64,000 bases of DNA from assembly GCA_963833575.1 (NCBI GenBank), contig CAWHXY010000007.1, forward strand, positions 320,001-384,000. The letters are read 5' to 3'. Under the pieces are notes generated by a model. It had not been told where the DNA came from. It did not search any database and saw only the letters and a list, made by a program, of their open reading frames with translations. This DNA comes from Candidatus Bathyarchaeota archaeon (GTDB lineage Archaea > Thermoproteota > Bathyarchaeia > Bathyarchaeales > Bathycorpusculaceae). Shown one piece after another: positions 50,192-59,881 of the stretch (positions are counted from its first letter, which is position 1; each line of letters opens with the position of its first letter). A program made the translations under genes and the position numbers.

Positions 50192-51079
50192 TTGTGTATG
50201 AGTGAGATGAAGGGGAAAATCTGTATTGTAACAGGCAGTAACTCTGGAATTGGGAAAGAAACTGCCTTAAGCTTGGTAAAGATGGGTGCCCACGTTGTTA
50301 TGGTTGTTCGCAACCAAGAGCGAGGCGAAAAAGCACGGCTGGAAATAATAAAGCAAACTGGAAACAACTCTGTCGATTTGATGATCTGCGACTTGTCTTC
50401 GATGGATTCAATCAGGCGTTTCGCGCAGAAATTTAAGGGGAAGTACGATAGACTCGATGTGCTGGTTAATAATGCTGGAGCAATGTTCAATAAACGAGAG
50501 GTTACACCAGAAGGTTTTGAGCGAACGCTCGCTGTCAATTATTTAGGGCCGTTTCTGCTTACACATGAGCTGCTTGATTTGCTTAAATCTAGTGCGCCTT
50601 CCAGGATAATCAACGTGAGTTCCGGATTAGCCAAAGACGGCAAGGTAGATGTTGATGATCTCCAAAGTGAAAAGAACTACGCGGGAACGAAAGCTTACGC
50701 TCGGGTGAGGGCACCTGTTTACGCTAACACTAAACTGATGCTAATGATGTTTACGTATGAGCTAGCAAGGCGACTAAGAGACACCGGGGTCACTGCAAAT
50801 GTGCTCATGCCTGGTTTTGTCGCGACTAATCTTGGAAAAAACAGCGGCAGCCTAAGTTCTTCTATAATGTTTAAAATGGTGCGTACGATGCAGGTAAGCG
50901 CTAGTAAGGGAGCGGAAACATCTGTTTACTTAGCCTCCTCAGCCGACGTAAAGGATGAAACTGGAAAATGTTTCACTAAGAAGAAGGAAGTAATGACTTG
51001 CCCAGCATCATATGATGAAAAACTGCAGAGAGGGTTATGGAACAAGACGGAGAGCAAGCTTGGTCTAGCTCAAGAATAG
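50192..51079 (+). CDS. SDR oxidoreductase (retinol dehydrogenase/WWOX-like subgroup)
   Basis: TGSNSGIG, DLSS, NNAG, NYLGPFLLT, YANTK, PGFVAT. Confidence 0.92.
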   Translation: MCMSEMKGKICIVTGSNSGIGKETALSLVKMGAHVVMVVRNQERGEKARLEIIKQTGNNSVDLMICDLSSMDSIRRFAQKFKGKYDRLDVLVNNAGAMFNKREVTPEGFERTLAVNYLGPFLLTHELLDLLKSSAPSRIINVSSGLAKDGKVDVDDLQSEKNYAGTKAYARVRAPVYANTKLMLMMFTYELARRLRDTGVTANVLMPGFVATNLGKNSGSLSSSIMFKMVRTMQVSASKGAETSVYLASSADVKDETGKCFTKKKEVMTCPASYDEKLQRGLWNKTESKLGLAQE

Positions 51080-51184
51080 ATATTGGAAAGTTGAACCTGC
51101 AGACAAGCTCATAGTCAAAGCTTAAAACAGAATTAATCCCCCCTTGAAGAGCTAAAGTGCTTGGAAAACGACAGATGGGAAAGA

Positions 51185-51448
51185 ATGCTACCGAGACAAG
51201 CAGATAACCAATCTCAAGGCTACAAAATCGCGGTATAGTTTTTTCTTTTGATCACCATATTTATGATTGTTAGGAGCTGCATTCACATTTTTGCTCCTGA
51301 TGGAGGCGCAGGGAGCATAGCAGGCATTGATGTATCAGGGGGCTGGCGGATCTAACGTTGTCTCGATGTTTGTGTTTTGGGGGTTTTCGCAGCTTCTGAT
51401 GGGAGTGGTTTATCTTGTTGTGTTTTTACGTTGAAAAAGTCTAATTCC
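51185..51448 (+). pseudogene. Degraded membrane-protein gene
   Basis: MLPRQADN...V*FFLLIT...RSCIHIFAPDGGAGSIAGI / ...WGFSQLLMG...R*KSLIP: two stops and a frameshift. Confidence 0.6.
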
Positions 51449-51547
51449 ACCTACATGGCGGGCACATACTGTCAGCGATAAAAAGACTTATGAAATAGGC
51501 AAACCACTTTTTTCAATTGTCCACTCGCTGTAAAACGAGGGTTTCAA

Positions 51548-52540
51548 ATGAGGGAATTTTCAAAACCTGTTGTTGTAGTTTCCAAATGCATCACCTTTGA
51601 ACCTGTTAGATGGAATAGCCAAATAATAGCCAGCGAATTCGTGGAGAAACTTAAGCCATTTGTAAATTTTGTTCCCGTTTGTCCAGAAGTTGGAATAGGA
51701 CTTGGCGTACCCCGCGACCCTCTTAGGATAGTTTTAGTTAATGGAGAAAAAAGACTTTTGCAACCATCGACAGGTTTAGACTTTACAGATAAAATGAAAA
51801 AATTTTCGGAATCTCTCTTAGATTCTTTGGATGCAGTTGACGGGTTCATACTCAAGAGTGGATCTCCAAGCAGCGGTTTCAAAAACGTAAAAGTGTATCC
51901 GAGCATCGAAAAAGTCGCATCAATTGGCAAAAGCTCAGGATTCTTCGGAGAAGCAGTTCTTCAAAAGTTCCCTGATCTGGCAATCGAAGATGAGCGCCGC
52001 CTGCTTAACCCAAGGATAAGAGAACATTTTCTCATCAAACTATTTACTTTGGCCAGTTTCAGAGAGGCCAAAAAGTCAGGGAAAATTAGAGAGCTCGTCA
52101 AATTTCAATCCGATAACAAATACTTGCTTACGGCTTACAATCAGAAAGAGCTTAGAATCTTGGGAAAGTTGGCGGCTAACCAAGAGAACAAGACTTTTGA
52201 TCAAACAATAACAGAGTATGAAACTCACCTGCGTTATGCGTTAGCGCGTACTCCAAGTGTTGGTGCGAACATTAACGTCATGCTGAAGATTATGGGTTAT
52301 TTCTCTCATCAGCTTTCAAAGGATGAGAAATCTTTCTTCCTTAACTCTGTCGATAAGTACAAAGCAGGACGGCTACCATTGAGTGCATGCTTGAGTGTTT
52401 TGAAAGCTTGGATTGTGAGGTTCAAGCATGAATACTTATCGACTCAAACTGTGCTCGAACCTTATCCCGAACCGCTTATGGAGCTTGAACTGTTTTCTCA
52501 GAAGTCAATAGAAAAAACTACTGGAAAAAAGAAAACGTAA
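51548..52540 (+). CDS. DUF523 (2-thiouracil desulfurase-like)-DUF1722 (YbgA) fusion protein
   Basis: VSKC, VRW, VCPEVGIGLGVPR, ILKSGSPSSG, EDERRL, REHF, YLSTQT..EPYP. Confidence 0.92.
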   Translation: MREFSKPVVVVSKCITFEPVRWNSQIIASEFVEKLKPFVNFVPVCPEVGIGLGVPRDPLRIVLVNGEKRLLQPSTGLDFTDKMKKFSESLLDSLDAVDGFILKSGSPSSGFKNVKVYPSIEKVASIGKSSGFFGEAVLQKFPDLAIEDERRLLNPRIREHFLIKLFTLASFREAKKSGKIRELVKFQSDNKYLLTAYNQKELRILGKLAANQENKTFDQTITEYETHLRYALARTPSVGANINVMLKIMGYFSHQLSKDEKSFFLNSVDKYKAGRLPLSACLSVLKAWIVRFKHEYLSTQTVLEPYPEPLMELELFSQKSIEKTTGKKKT

Positions 52541-52566
52541 ACACGTCTTAATGATAGGAAGCAAAA

Positions 52567-53499
52567 TTATGCAACTGAAGAAGCAACGTTATTTTTCAAA
52601 AAATTTTGCACTCGTTCGTCTGTAATTGCCAAGTTAATTGCTTTGATGGCGCTTTTTTCTTTATCTTTGATCTCTAACATTACATCGAAGTCGAAGCGTT
52701 CAGTCTGTTTCAAAAATACGTTAAAATTTTTCATGTTAATAGTCTCAGCGTGTTGCCCTGCTGCTCCAGTGGGTTCTTGAGAGCTATAGTCAACCATTGG
52801 AATTCCGTCTCTTTTTTCATCCCACGTTCTTGCGGCAAGCTTGAAAGACTCTTCTATTTTCTGTTTTCCCGAATTGTTCAGTCTGTGATGGAAAATATCG
52901 AAAAGAATAGGAACCTGGGCTTGTGCATTTATTTTAAGGCAGTCGTTCAAATCGTACGATTTGTCGTCATTCTCGATTACTAAACGCCGAAGTACTGAAT
53001 CATCAAGCATTCCGAATCTTGTCACAAATCGTTCAGCGCTTTTCTCTTTATCCTCGTAAACCCCGCCAACATGTATTTGAATTTTGGCCGAAGTATCAAG
53101 TTGTAATAAGTCTAATATTTCGGCGTGGTACTTGAGTTCCTTTTTGCTTCTTGCAAAAATGTCCTCTTTAATTGAATTAATCAGAGTAAACTGGTCGGGA
53201 TGCATTGAGATTCGCATTCTGTTTTTTGTAATGAACTCTCCAATTTCTTCAAACTCTTTTTCGAAATGCGTTTGCCAATTGAACTTATTTATCGGATGAG
53301 AAGCGAAAGGAACTATATCTGAAGAAATTCTAAAAAAGAATAATTTATGCTCAAGACTAAACTTCAAAATTCGTCGCAAGCAGTCAAGGTTATTCTTTAG
53401 TGAATATATAATGCGGGTTTCAGAGTAGGATTTTAGACGAAAAGTCGCATTTGCGTTGCAGTTAAGAGTTCTATTAATGCAAGGATAACCTATTCTCAC
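52567..53499 (-). CDS. uvsE: UV damage endonuclease UvsE/UVDE
   Basis: IGYPCIN, FRISSD, SMHPDQF, HVGG, IENDD, FDIFHH, MLEIKDKE. Confidence 0.95.
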   Translation of the reverse strand: MRIGYPCINRTLNCNANATFRLKSYSETRIIYSLKNNLDCLRRILKFSLEHKLFFFRISSDIVPFASHPINKFNWQTHFEKEFEEIGEFITKNRMRISMHPDQFTLINSIKEDIFARSKKELKYHAEILDLLQLDTSAKIQIHVGGVYEDKEKSAERFVTRFGMLDDSVLRRLVIENDDKSYDLNDCLKINAQAQVPILFDIFHHRLNNSGKQKIEESFKLAARTWDEKRDGIPMVDYSSQEPTGAAGQHAETINMKNFNVFLKQTERFDFDVMLEIKDKEKSAIKAINLAITDERVQNFLKNNVASSVA

Positions 53500-53621
53500 T
53501 ATTCATCCTCAACCTCAAATTAGATATATTCGTCCTTAAATCTCACTCCGGTTGTATTAATTGCTGAGAGTTCTGCTACGCGCGATGACTAGGCTAAAAA
53601 AGGAGCAGGAATAACTAATTA

Positions 53622-54107
53622 ATGGTGCCAGAAATGACAAAAGTTAAGCTGCCTAAGATGAAAGAAAGCGAGATTGAACAACTAATTAGAAATCAATTCC
53701 TTTGTCGAATAGCTTTCCTAGGTGATCAGCAGCCATATCTAGCTCCTTTTCAATACGTGGTAGTTAATGGCACTCTTTATTTTCATTTCACCGACTACGG
53801 GAAAAAAATGAGTTTTTTCCAGCAAGAAACACCAGTTTGCGTTGAGATTGAAAGATACACTCCAAATCTTAGCGAATACGGGTTTGTAGTGCTAACTGGA
53901 AAACTAAGATTGGTAGAGGATCTCGAGGAAAGAAAAATGGCTATAGAAAAGATGGCAGAAGTGGGTAAAAAGAAACTTTCACCGAACTTTCTGGTGGCTC
54001 ATGGCTTTTCCAAGGGCTCGGATTGGGGTGAATTTACCGCAAACAAACCGATCTTAATAATTAGGCTTGATGAAATATCTGAAAAAACAGGGCTCAAGTC
54101 ACCTTAG
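53622..54107 (+). CDS. Pyridoxamine 5'-phosphate oxidase-like (NimA) flavin-binding protein
   Basis: CRIAF, PYLAP, YFH...GKK, PVCVEI, TGLKS. Confidence 0.85.
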   Translation: MVPEMTKVKLPKMKESEIEQLIRNQFLCRIAFLGDQQPYLAPFQYVVVNGTLYFHFTDYGKKMSFFQQETPVCVEIERYTPNLSEYGFVVLTGKLRLVEDLEERKMAIEKMAEVGKKKLSPNFLVAHGFSKGSDWGEFTANKPILIIRLDEISEKTGLKSP

Positions 54108-54187
54108 TTTTAACGGAAAAAATATTTAGAGAAGGTGCTAAAAACCAAAATAGTTTCAGGCACGGGCTTGATTTCGTAGACCAAGCT

Positions 54188-54703
54188 TCATAAAGTTTGT
54201 TCTATTTCAACTGCAACCTCGTTTCTTCGCAGGAATCCTGGGATGAATGGCGGATTGTAGAGCATAGTAAATACGTTTCCTTTTGTCTTGATTTTTCCTT
54301 CTGCCAGAGTTTTCAATAGTTCAATTGTTTCCTTTTCAAAATGGGCTTCTGACCAGCCGCCAGAAAAACATAATGCTGCAATTAGTCTTGCTGGAATTTC
54401 CACAATTTTTACATGGTTGTTCGAGGGTTCAGGGGTGGTTTCAAGAGTGTATTCTTTAGGCATTACAAAAGACATTGTGCCTGTTTCTGAGAGAACGGGT
54501 GAAGTCATTTCAATTCTTTGGGAAACTACTGGGGAAGTCATTTTCACTTTTGCTCTTTGCCTATTCTCTCCTGTTATGAACCTATAAAGAAAATTAAACG
54601 CATCTGATTCATCATCTACTCTGGCTACAATTATTTTCGGATAGCTGCGTATCTCGACTTTGCCTATTTCACGTATAATTTCATACTTTGTTGTTTCAAC
54701 CAT
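54188..54703 (-). CDS. SOUL family heme-binding protein
   Basis: ETTKYEI, FITGEN, MTSPV, MSFVMP, YNPPFIPGFLRRNEV. Confidence 0.93.
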   Translation of the reverse strand: MVETTKYEIIREIGKVEIRSYPKIIVARVDDESDAFNFLYRFITGENRQRAKVKMTSPVVSQRIEMTSPVLSETGTMSFVMPKEYTLETTPEPSNNHVKIVEIPARLIAALCFSGGWSEAHFEKETIELLKTLAEGKIKTKGNVFTMLYNPPFIPGFLRRNEVAVEIEQTL

Positions 54704-54826
54704 ACTCTCACACTCATTTCGACAAGTTCTTCTTCAATTAATTTTCGCGATGTAACTTAATGAACGCGACTTTGCGGTGACTTAAGTCCCGATGATTACA
54801 TAGCAAAGTGTGTGGAACAGCGTTTA

Positions 54827-55612
54827 TCAGGCTATCTTCTTTCGGAAGACCATAATGCTTGCTCCAAGTGTTATTATGCCGATTATTATAATGGATATGA
54901 ACGCATATTCTATTTTTTGCCAAACAAAACCATTGATAATAAGTGATTGAAATGCCTGAGCGATATAAGTAAAAGGATTGGCTTTAGCTACTTGCTGCAC
55001 CCACGACGGCAATAAGCCCAGGGGCATTACTGCGGCAGACAAGAAGAGCAGCGGAAAAGTGGTGAGTAAACCAACCGACAAGGTGGTCTGTGAGCTTTTT
55101 GTAGTGAGAGCCACGAAAAGAGATATTCCTGACCATGCAAAACCGAAGGCCGCTGATATTAACAGCAGAATTAGGGTACCAAAGATGCCTGAAGCAATGT
55201 GTACGCCCAACGCCAGCCCTATGAGCAGAATTATAATGACCTGCAATACTGTGGTAATTGCATCGCTGAAGAGTTTGCCAAACAGAATTGAAGTCTTGTT
55301 TATGGGTGCTACCCGCATTTTATCCATGAAACCGCTGTCAAGATCATTAACCAAACCGATTCCCGCGCCCAATGCTGAAGAAGCTATAGTTTGAATGATC
55401 ACTGCTGCGGTGAAAAAAGTAATGTAACTACTTGTGCCTGTAAGCAACTTAAAAGTCGGAATTCCTCCTATGGCTGAAAAGGCTTGAGTGAATAGCAGAA
55501 ACCACACTAATGGCTGAATGAGCGAGAAGAAGATTAAGATCGGTTGACGCGTAAGCTTGGTGTTCCAGCGTTTGAATATGGCGTAAACTTCTGAAAGCAT
55601 CTCCATCTTCAA
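54827..55612 (-). CDS. ABC-2 transporter permease (DrrB-like)
   Basis: QPLVWFLLF, DLDSGFMDKMRVAP, LPSWVQ..NPFTY. Confidence 0.9.
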   Translation of the reverse strand: MKMEMLSEVYAIFKRWNTKLTRQPILIFFSLIQPLVWFLLFTQAFSAIGGIPTFKLLTGTSSYITFFTAAVIIQTIASSALGAGIGLVNDLDSGFMDKMRVAPINKTSILFGKLFSDAITTVLQVIIILLIGLALGVHIASGIFGTLILLLISAAFGFAWSGISLFVALTTKSSQTTLSVGLLTTFPLLFLSAAVMPLGLLPSWVQQVAKANPFTYIAQAFQSLIINGFVWQKIEYAFISIIIIGIITLGASIMVFRKKIA

Positions 55613-55614
55613 TT

Positions 55615-56787
55615 TTATCTACCCCTCCTTGTGCCTGTTCGTATGGCTTCTTTTCGTTCCACTACATTGAGCGTTTTTCCTGTGAGTTTAAGAAATACTT
55701 CGTCCAGGGTTGGCACAGAGAGGTTAAGTTGTTCCACAGAGATGTCTGCGCCATCCAAAACTCTTACCACCAGTGTAATTATGGCAGCGCCATTTTTCGC
55801 CATTAAGGTAAGTCCATTCTCTACCGCCAAGCCCATCCCACATTGACCTACTGCCTCAATGCCCTGAAGCTTAGACAACAAAACTTTAGCCTTCTCACAG
55901 CCGCTGAGATCGCTAGCTTTAAAACGAATGGTAATTGTGTCAGCGCCTACCTTTGCCTTCAATTCGTTGGGTGTGCCCTCCGCCACGATCTTTCCTTGGT
56001 CAACTATGCACAGTCGACTGGCAAGACGATCTGCCTCTTCCATATATTGTGTTGTAAGAAAAATTGTCATTCCTCTTCTGTTTAGTTCGACAACGTAGTC
56101 CCAGACGTCTTGGCGGCTTTGAGGATCCAAACCTGTCGTTGGCTCGTCTAAGAAGAGGATTTTCGGATCTGAAACAAGTGAAGATGCCAAGTCTAAGCGT
56201 TTTCGCATTCCTCCAGAAAATGTTTTTAATCTGCGATCTGCCGCTTCAATAAGCCTAACTGTCTCAAGCAGCGTCTCTACTTTTTTCTTAGCTTTATCTT
56301 TGGGGATGTGATGAAACTCACATTGCAAGAGCAAGTTCTCACGTGCTGTAAGGTCATCATCAACTCCTACGTCTTGGGAGGAGTAGCCAATAATGCGTCT
56401 CACCTTCGCCTGATCGGCATCCACATCCAGCCCATCAATTGTAGCTTTGCCTGAACTCTTTTCTAATAAAGTCGTAAGGATTTTTATTGTTGTACTTTTT
56501 CCTGCACCGTTAGGTCCAAGAAAACCAAATATTTCACCCTTATGCACTCGGAAGGAGATTCCGTCTACGGCTACAATATTCTTGCCATAGGTCTTTCGGA
56601 GATCCTCAACTACAACGATGTCGTCTGCATCTGGGGTAGCAAACTTAGATCCTAAATTGAGCGAGTTAACGTCCGAACTGCTCGCATTAGCCTTAATTTC
56701 TGGATGTATCGATTGTTCCAATTGAGTTTTTAACTCTAACTCATTTGAAAAACGGTTAACTATTCTTACGTTCATACTTGAATCCAC
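55615..56787 (-). CDS. ABC transporter ATP-binding protein (DrrA-like) with about 55-aa N-terminal extension
   Basis: GPNGAGKST, FSGGMRKRL, LDEPTTGLDP, LTTQYMEEA, PTLDEVFL. Confidence 0.93.
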   Translation of the reverse strand: MDSSMNVRIVNRFSNELELKTQLEQSIHPEIKANASSSDVNSLNLGSKFATPDADDIVVVEDLRKTYGKNIVAVDGISFRVHKGEIFGFLGPNGAGKSTTIKILTTLLEKSSGKATIDGLDVDADQAKVRRIIGYSSQDVGVDDDLTARENLLLQCEFHHIPKDKAKKKVETLLETVRLIEAADRRLKTFSGGMRKRLDLASSLVSDPKILFLDEPTTGLDPQSRQDVWDYVVELNRRGMTIFLTTQYMEEADRLASRLCIVDQGKIVAEGTPNELKAKVGADTITIRFKASDLSGCEKAKVLLSKLQGIEAVGQCGMGLAVENGLTLMAKNGAAIITLVVRVLDGADISVEQLNLSVPTLDEVFLKLTGKTLNVVERKEAIRTGTRRGR

Positions 56788-56982
56788 ATCTATTTTGCTT
56801 TTCTATTTTCAATCATGTGCACTTACCTTACTTTGTGTTACGTTGCAGCAATTGATTCCACACTTTTCTTCTAATTTTCTTCGCGAGTTTCAAATTTTTT
56901 TAGTCTTTTCTTTTAAATTGCTCTATTATTTCTCTGTGCACAATTTTCTTCCTAAAAAAGGGGGAAAAGAATGTTTTAATGT

Positions 56983-57813
56983 CTAGAATGGCTTGAATAA
57001 ACCTACAAACACTAACCAAACCAGAAACGTTTTTGCGATGAAGCTAAGGATTATGTATTCTCTTTCACCGAACAAGTAGTCTTTCCATTTTCCGACGCCT
57101 TTATACTGCAGAACCTGGTTTACCGCGAAACTCATGAAAAGAATCAAGTATATTATGAATATCACGTAGACAAAATTTGGCACGCTATTTGCACTTGCTA
57201 TTATGTCTCCTGTGAAGTATGCGAAAAGAACAACCCATGGAAAGCCTCCCGAGATGCTGCCTAAAATGAAGGCGGACCAGTTTGTTTTTTCTGTTTTTTG
57301 GTTTATGAGTTCCATGAGGTAGCCGAACATTATCATCATTGCATTCAAGACAAATATCATTGCCAATGACCAGAAATCCCAGATTCCTACGAAAGTCGAG
57401 ATAACCCAGATCATTATCGAACTTGAAAGCGCATATTCGTACCATCTGTATTGGTTCATTCCTTTTTTCAGGTTCTCATTGTATGATTTGTTTTTTGGAA
57501 AAGCAACTAGGAAGTGGTCAACTGCGGAGATTAGCGGAAAAGCAGCTAGAAGCACCCCCAAATGACTAATTGTGAATAGCACTTGAGGGTTTGGGAATGC
57601 TGTAATCGCGGGATTTGTTGGGCTAACGTGCGAGAATTGAAGGTAAAAAGTGTAAATGCTCGTGCCAGCAGGCCACTTTAAAAGAAAAGTCAGCGACAGA
57701 ATAGCAATGCCGTTTATTAGTTGCAGAATACCTGCACCAATATTGAATTTCTTCAGATAGCTGAAAGATATTGGCGATTTAGCTATTATTTCCTGCCTTT
57801 CTTTGTAGTTCAT
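56983..57813 (-). CDS. Heliorhodopsin
   Basis: NQYRWYEYALSSSIM (TM3), FGYLME, GEREYIILSFIAK (SxxxK retinal Lys), basic N-terminus. Confidence 0.95.
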   Translation of the reverse strand: MNYKERQEIIAKSPISFSYLKKFNIGAGILQLINGIAILSLTFLLKWPAGTSIYTFYLQFSHVSPTNPAITAFPNPQVLFTISHLGVLLAAFPLISAVDHFLVAFPKNKSYNENLKKGMNQYRWYEYALSSSIMIWVISTFVGIWDFWSLAMIFVLNAMMIMFGYLMELINQKTEKTNWSAFILGSISGGFPWVVLFAYFTGDIIASANSVPNFVYVIFIIYLILFMSFAVNQVLQYKGVGKWKDYLFGEREYIILSFIAKTFLVWLVFVGLFKPF

Positions 57814-57936
57814 AGTTATTCTTCCTTTCTCCTATTTTTCTTTCGGTATTTTTGGTTAATTAAATTAACGGTTGCTTCTCATTTAAGTGCACGCTAGAAA
57901 TAAAATGGGAAAAAACAGAGTGATTTTCTAAGACTT

Positions 57937-58353
57937 TTACTTTGGCATGAGGACCTTGTCGATCACGTGGATTACGCCGTTGTCTGTGACAATGTCTGCT
58001 TTAATTACGTCAGCATCGTTTATCTTTACGGTCTTGTGAAGATGCCATTTGGAAGCGTCAATCTTGACTTCTTGTCCCTGAACAGTTTTTGCACTCTTGA
58101 GCTTTACAACATCTGCAGCCATGACTTTACCAGCGACGACGTGGTAGGTTAGAACTGCCGTCAATTTCGGGATGTCTTTTAGAAGACCGCCAACTGTGCC
58201 TTTTGGCAGTTTGGCGAAAGCTTCATCATTAGGCGCGAAGACTGTAAACGGTCCCTTGCTTTTTAGTGTGTCAACTAATCCTGCTGCAGTAACAGCTGCG
58301 ACAAGAGTTTTGAAGGAGCCTGCCGCAACTGCAGTATCAACTATATCAGCCAT
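57937..58353 (-). CDS. Fasciclin (FAS1) domain protein, no signal peptide
   Basis: [30 protein letters not shown]; GGAGGTGA RBS. Confidence 0.95.
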   Translation of the reverse strand: MADIVDTAVAAGSFKTLVAAVTAAGLVDTLKSKGPFTVFAPNDEAFAKLPKGTVGGLLKDIPKLTAVLTYHVVAGKVMAADVVKLKSAKTVQGQEVKIDASKWHLHKTVKINDADVIKADIVTDNGVIHVIDKVLMPK

Positions 58354-58410
58354 AAAAAATTCACCTCCGATCTCGCAATTTAGGTAATTTTTGCTTTCTA
58401 TTTAAAGAAA

Positions 58411-58434
58411 TGTGACTGCTTAGCTACAGTAACA
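58411..58434. promoter_or_regulatory. Imperfect palindrome next to the fasciclin TATA box (candidate operator)
   Basis: TGTGACTG-N8-CAGTAACA just upstream of minus-strand TTTAAATA (58399-58406). Confidence 0.4.
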
Positions 58435-58680
58435 ATTAGAGCTTTTTTTCTTGAGTGGCAGAAAAAAGGGAAGGGAAAAAGGATTTGGAAGTTTTGGCAT
58501 CTTCATGCGCGTTTGAAACGGCAGAATATGTAGTCACTATTTGTTGAGATTATCGACTTTTTGCACGATGAACCGCAAATAGTATCTGCAGTCTCTCAGG
58601 GTTTTGACAGAATAGCGCTTTGGTAGAAAAAGGATATAACAATAGAGTTAGATTTAACTAACAAAAAGTGTGAAATAAAT

Positions 58681-59802
58681 TTGTCTTTTGCAAGATATGT
58701 GTCAGTTAGAAAGTCCGTTCTTTTTATGATTGCAGGATTGATAGTCTTCCTTATTTATCTCTACTTTTACATTGGCATAAACCAAATCGAATTTGTCTTA
58801 AAAAATGTAAACTCTGCTCAATTTGCATTTTATTATTCAATCGCACTTGGTGCAGTTCTAGTTTCAGTATTTTTGTGGTCAGTAGCCTGGAACAGCATTC
58901 TTAGAGCTCTTTCGGTTCACGTCTCATATAGACGAGCTTACTTGTATTATTGGGTTAGCTATTTTACAGATTTAGTGGTTCCCTGCGCAACCGTATGCGG
59001 TGAATTAACCAGGCTATATTTGGTTCAAAAAGAGACACAGGAAAATTATGGCGCACTTGCGTCGGCAGCGGTGACAAACCGAATTGTAGCATATACAATA
59101 GTTACCATCGGATTATATGGTGGAGCAGTGCTGATATTTTTAAGGCCTACAGTCTCGCCAGCCATAGGAAATGTTTTCATCGTTTTTTTAGTCGGGGTAA
59201 CGATTTACATGGGAGTTCTTCTCTACTTAGCATTCTCTAAGAAAGCTGCCAAAAACCTCACTGCCATTTATCTCAAACTAATAAAGACGTTTAGACCAAA
59301 ACATTACTACCAATCCAAGATCGAAAGAACACAAAAATCACTTTCAGATTTTTATGACGGGTTCCACTCTTTTCGTGAGAAACCAAAATTGTTGATAAAA
59401 CCTTTTTTCTTTCACGCAATTTCATATAGCCTCGGACTAGCAGTCTACATCATGATTTTCTACGCATTAGGAATACCGTCATCAAATCCAGAATTTTATA
59501 TTGTTGTTTTCTTCATAGCCACAGCGGTCCAAGATGCCGCGGCCAGCTTCTCCGTTGGCTCATTAGAGATCCTTTTGGCCACAATTTTCTTACTTTACGG
59601 AATAAACCCAGGAATTAGTGGCATCTCCGCTGTAGTTTTAAGAAGTGCAGGCTTCTGGTTCCCATTACTTGTAGGGTTTGTTTGCGTGCAAATTGTAGGA
59701 GCAAAAAATTTACTTGCCGCCAAACCTGAAGATCTAAAAAGAAAAATAGAACTCACGGAAAAAGATAACGAAATGCAGCAAAAAAAGAAAATAAATCTCT
59801 AA
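58681..59802 (+). CDS. UPF0104 flippase-like membrane protein
   Basis: DLVVPCATVCGE, VGSLE, RSAGFWFP. Confidence 0.85.
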   Translation: MSFARYVSVRKSVLFMIAGLIVFLIYLYFYIGINQIEFVLKNVNSAQFAFYYSIALGAVLVSVFLWSVAWNSILRALSVHVSYRRAYLYYWVSYFTDLVVPCATVCGELTRLYLVQKETQENYGALASAAVTNRIVAYTIVTIGLYGGAVLIFLRPTVSPAIGNVFIVFLVGVTIYMGVLLYLAFSKKAAKNLTAIYLKLIKTFRPKHYYQSKIERTQKSLSDFYDGFHSFREKPKLLIKPFFFHAISYSLGLAVYIMIFYALGIPSSNPEFYIVVFFIATAVQDAAASFSVGSLEILLATIFLLYGINPGISGISAVVLRSAGFWFPLLVGFVCVQIVGAKNLLAAKPEDLKRKIELTEKDNEMQQKKKINL

Positions 59803-59881
59803 ACAAAAAGAAACTTAAACAAAAACGGAAATTCTTACTTCAAACAAAAATCGGCGTTTAGTCAATCGATTTTGTTATTGA

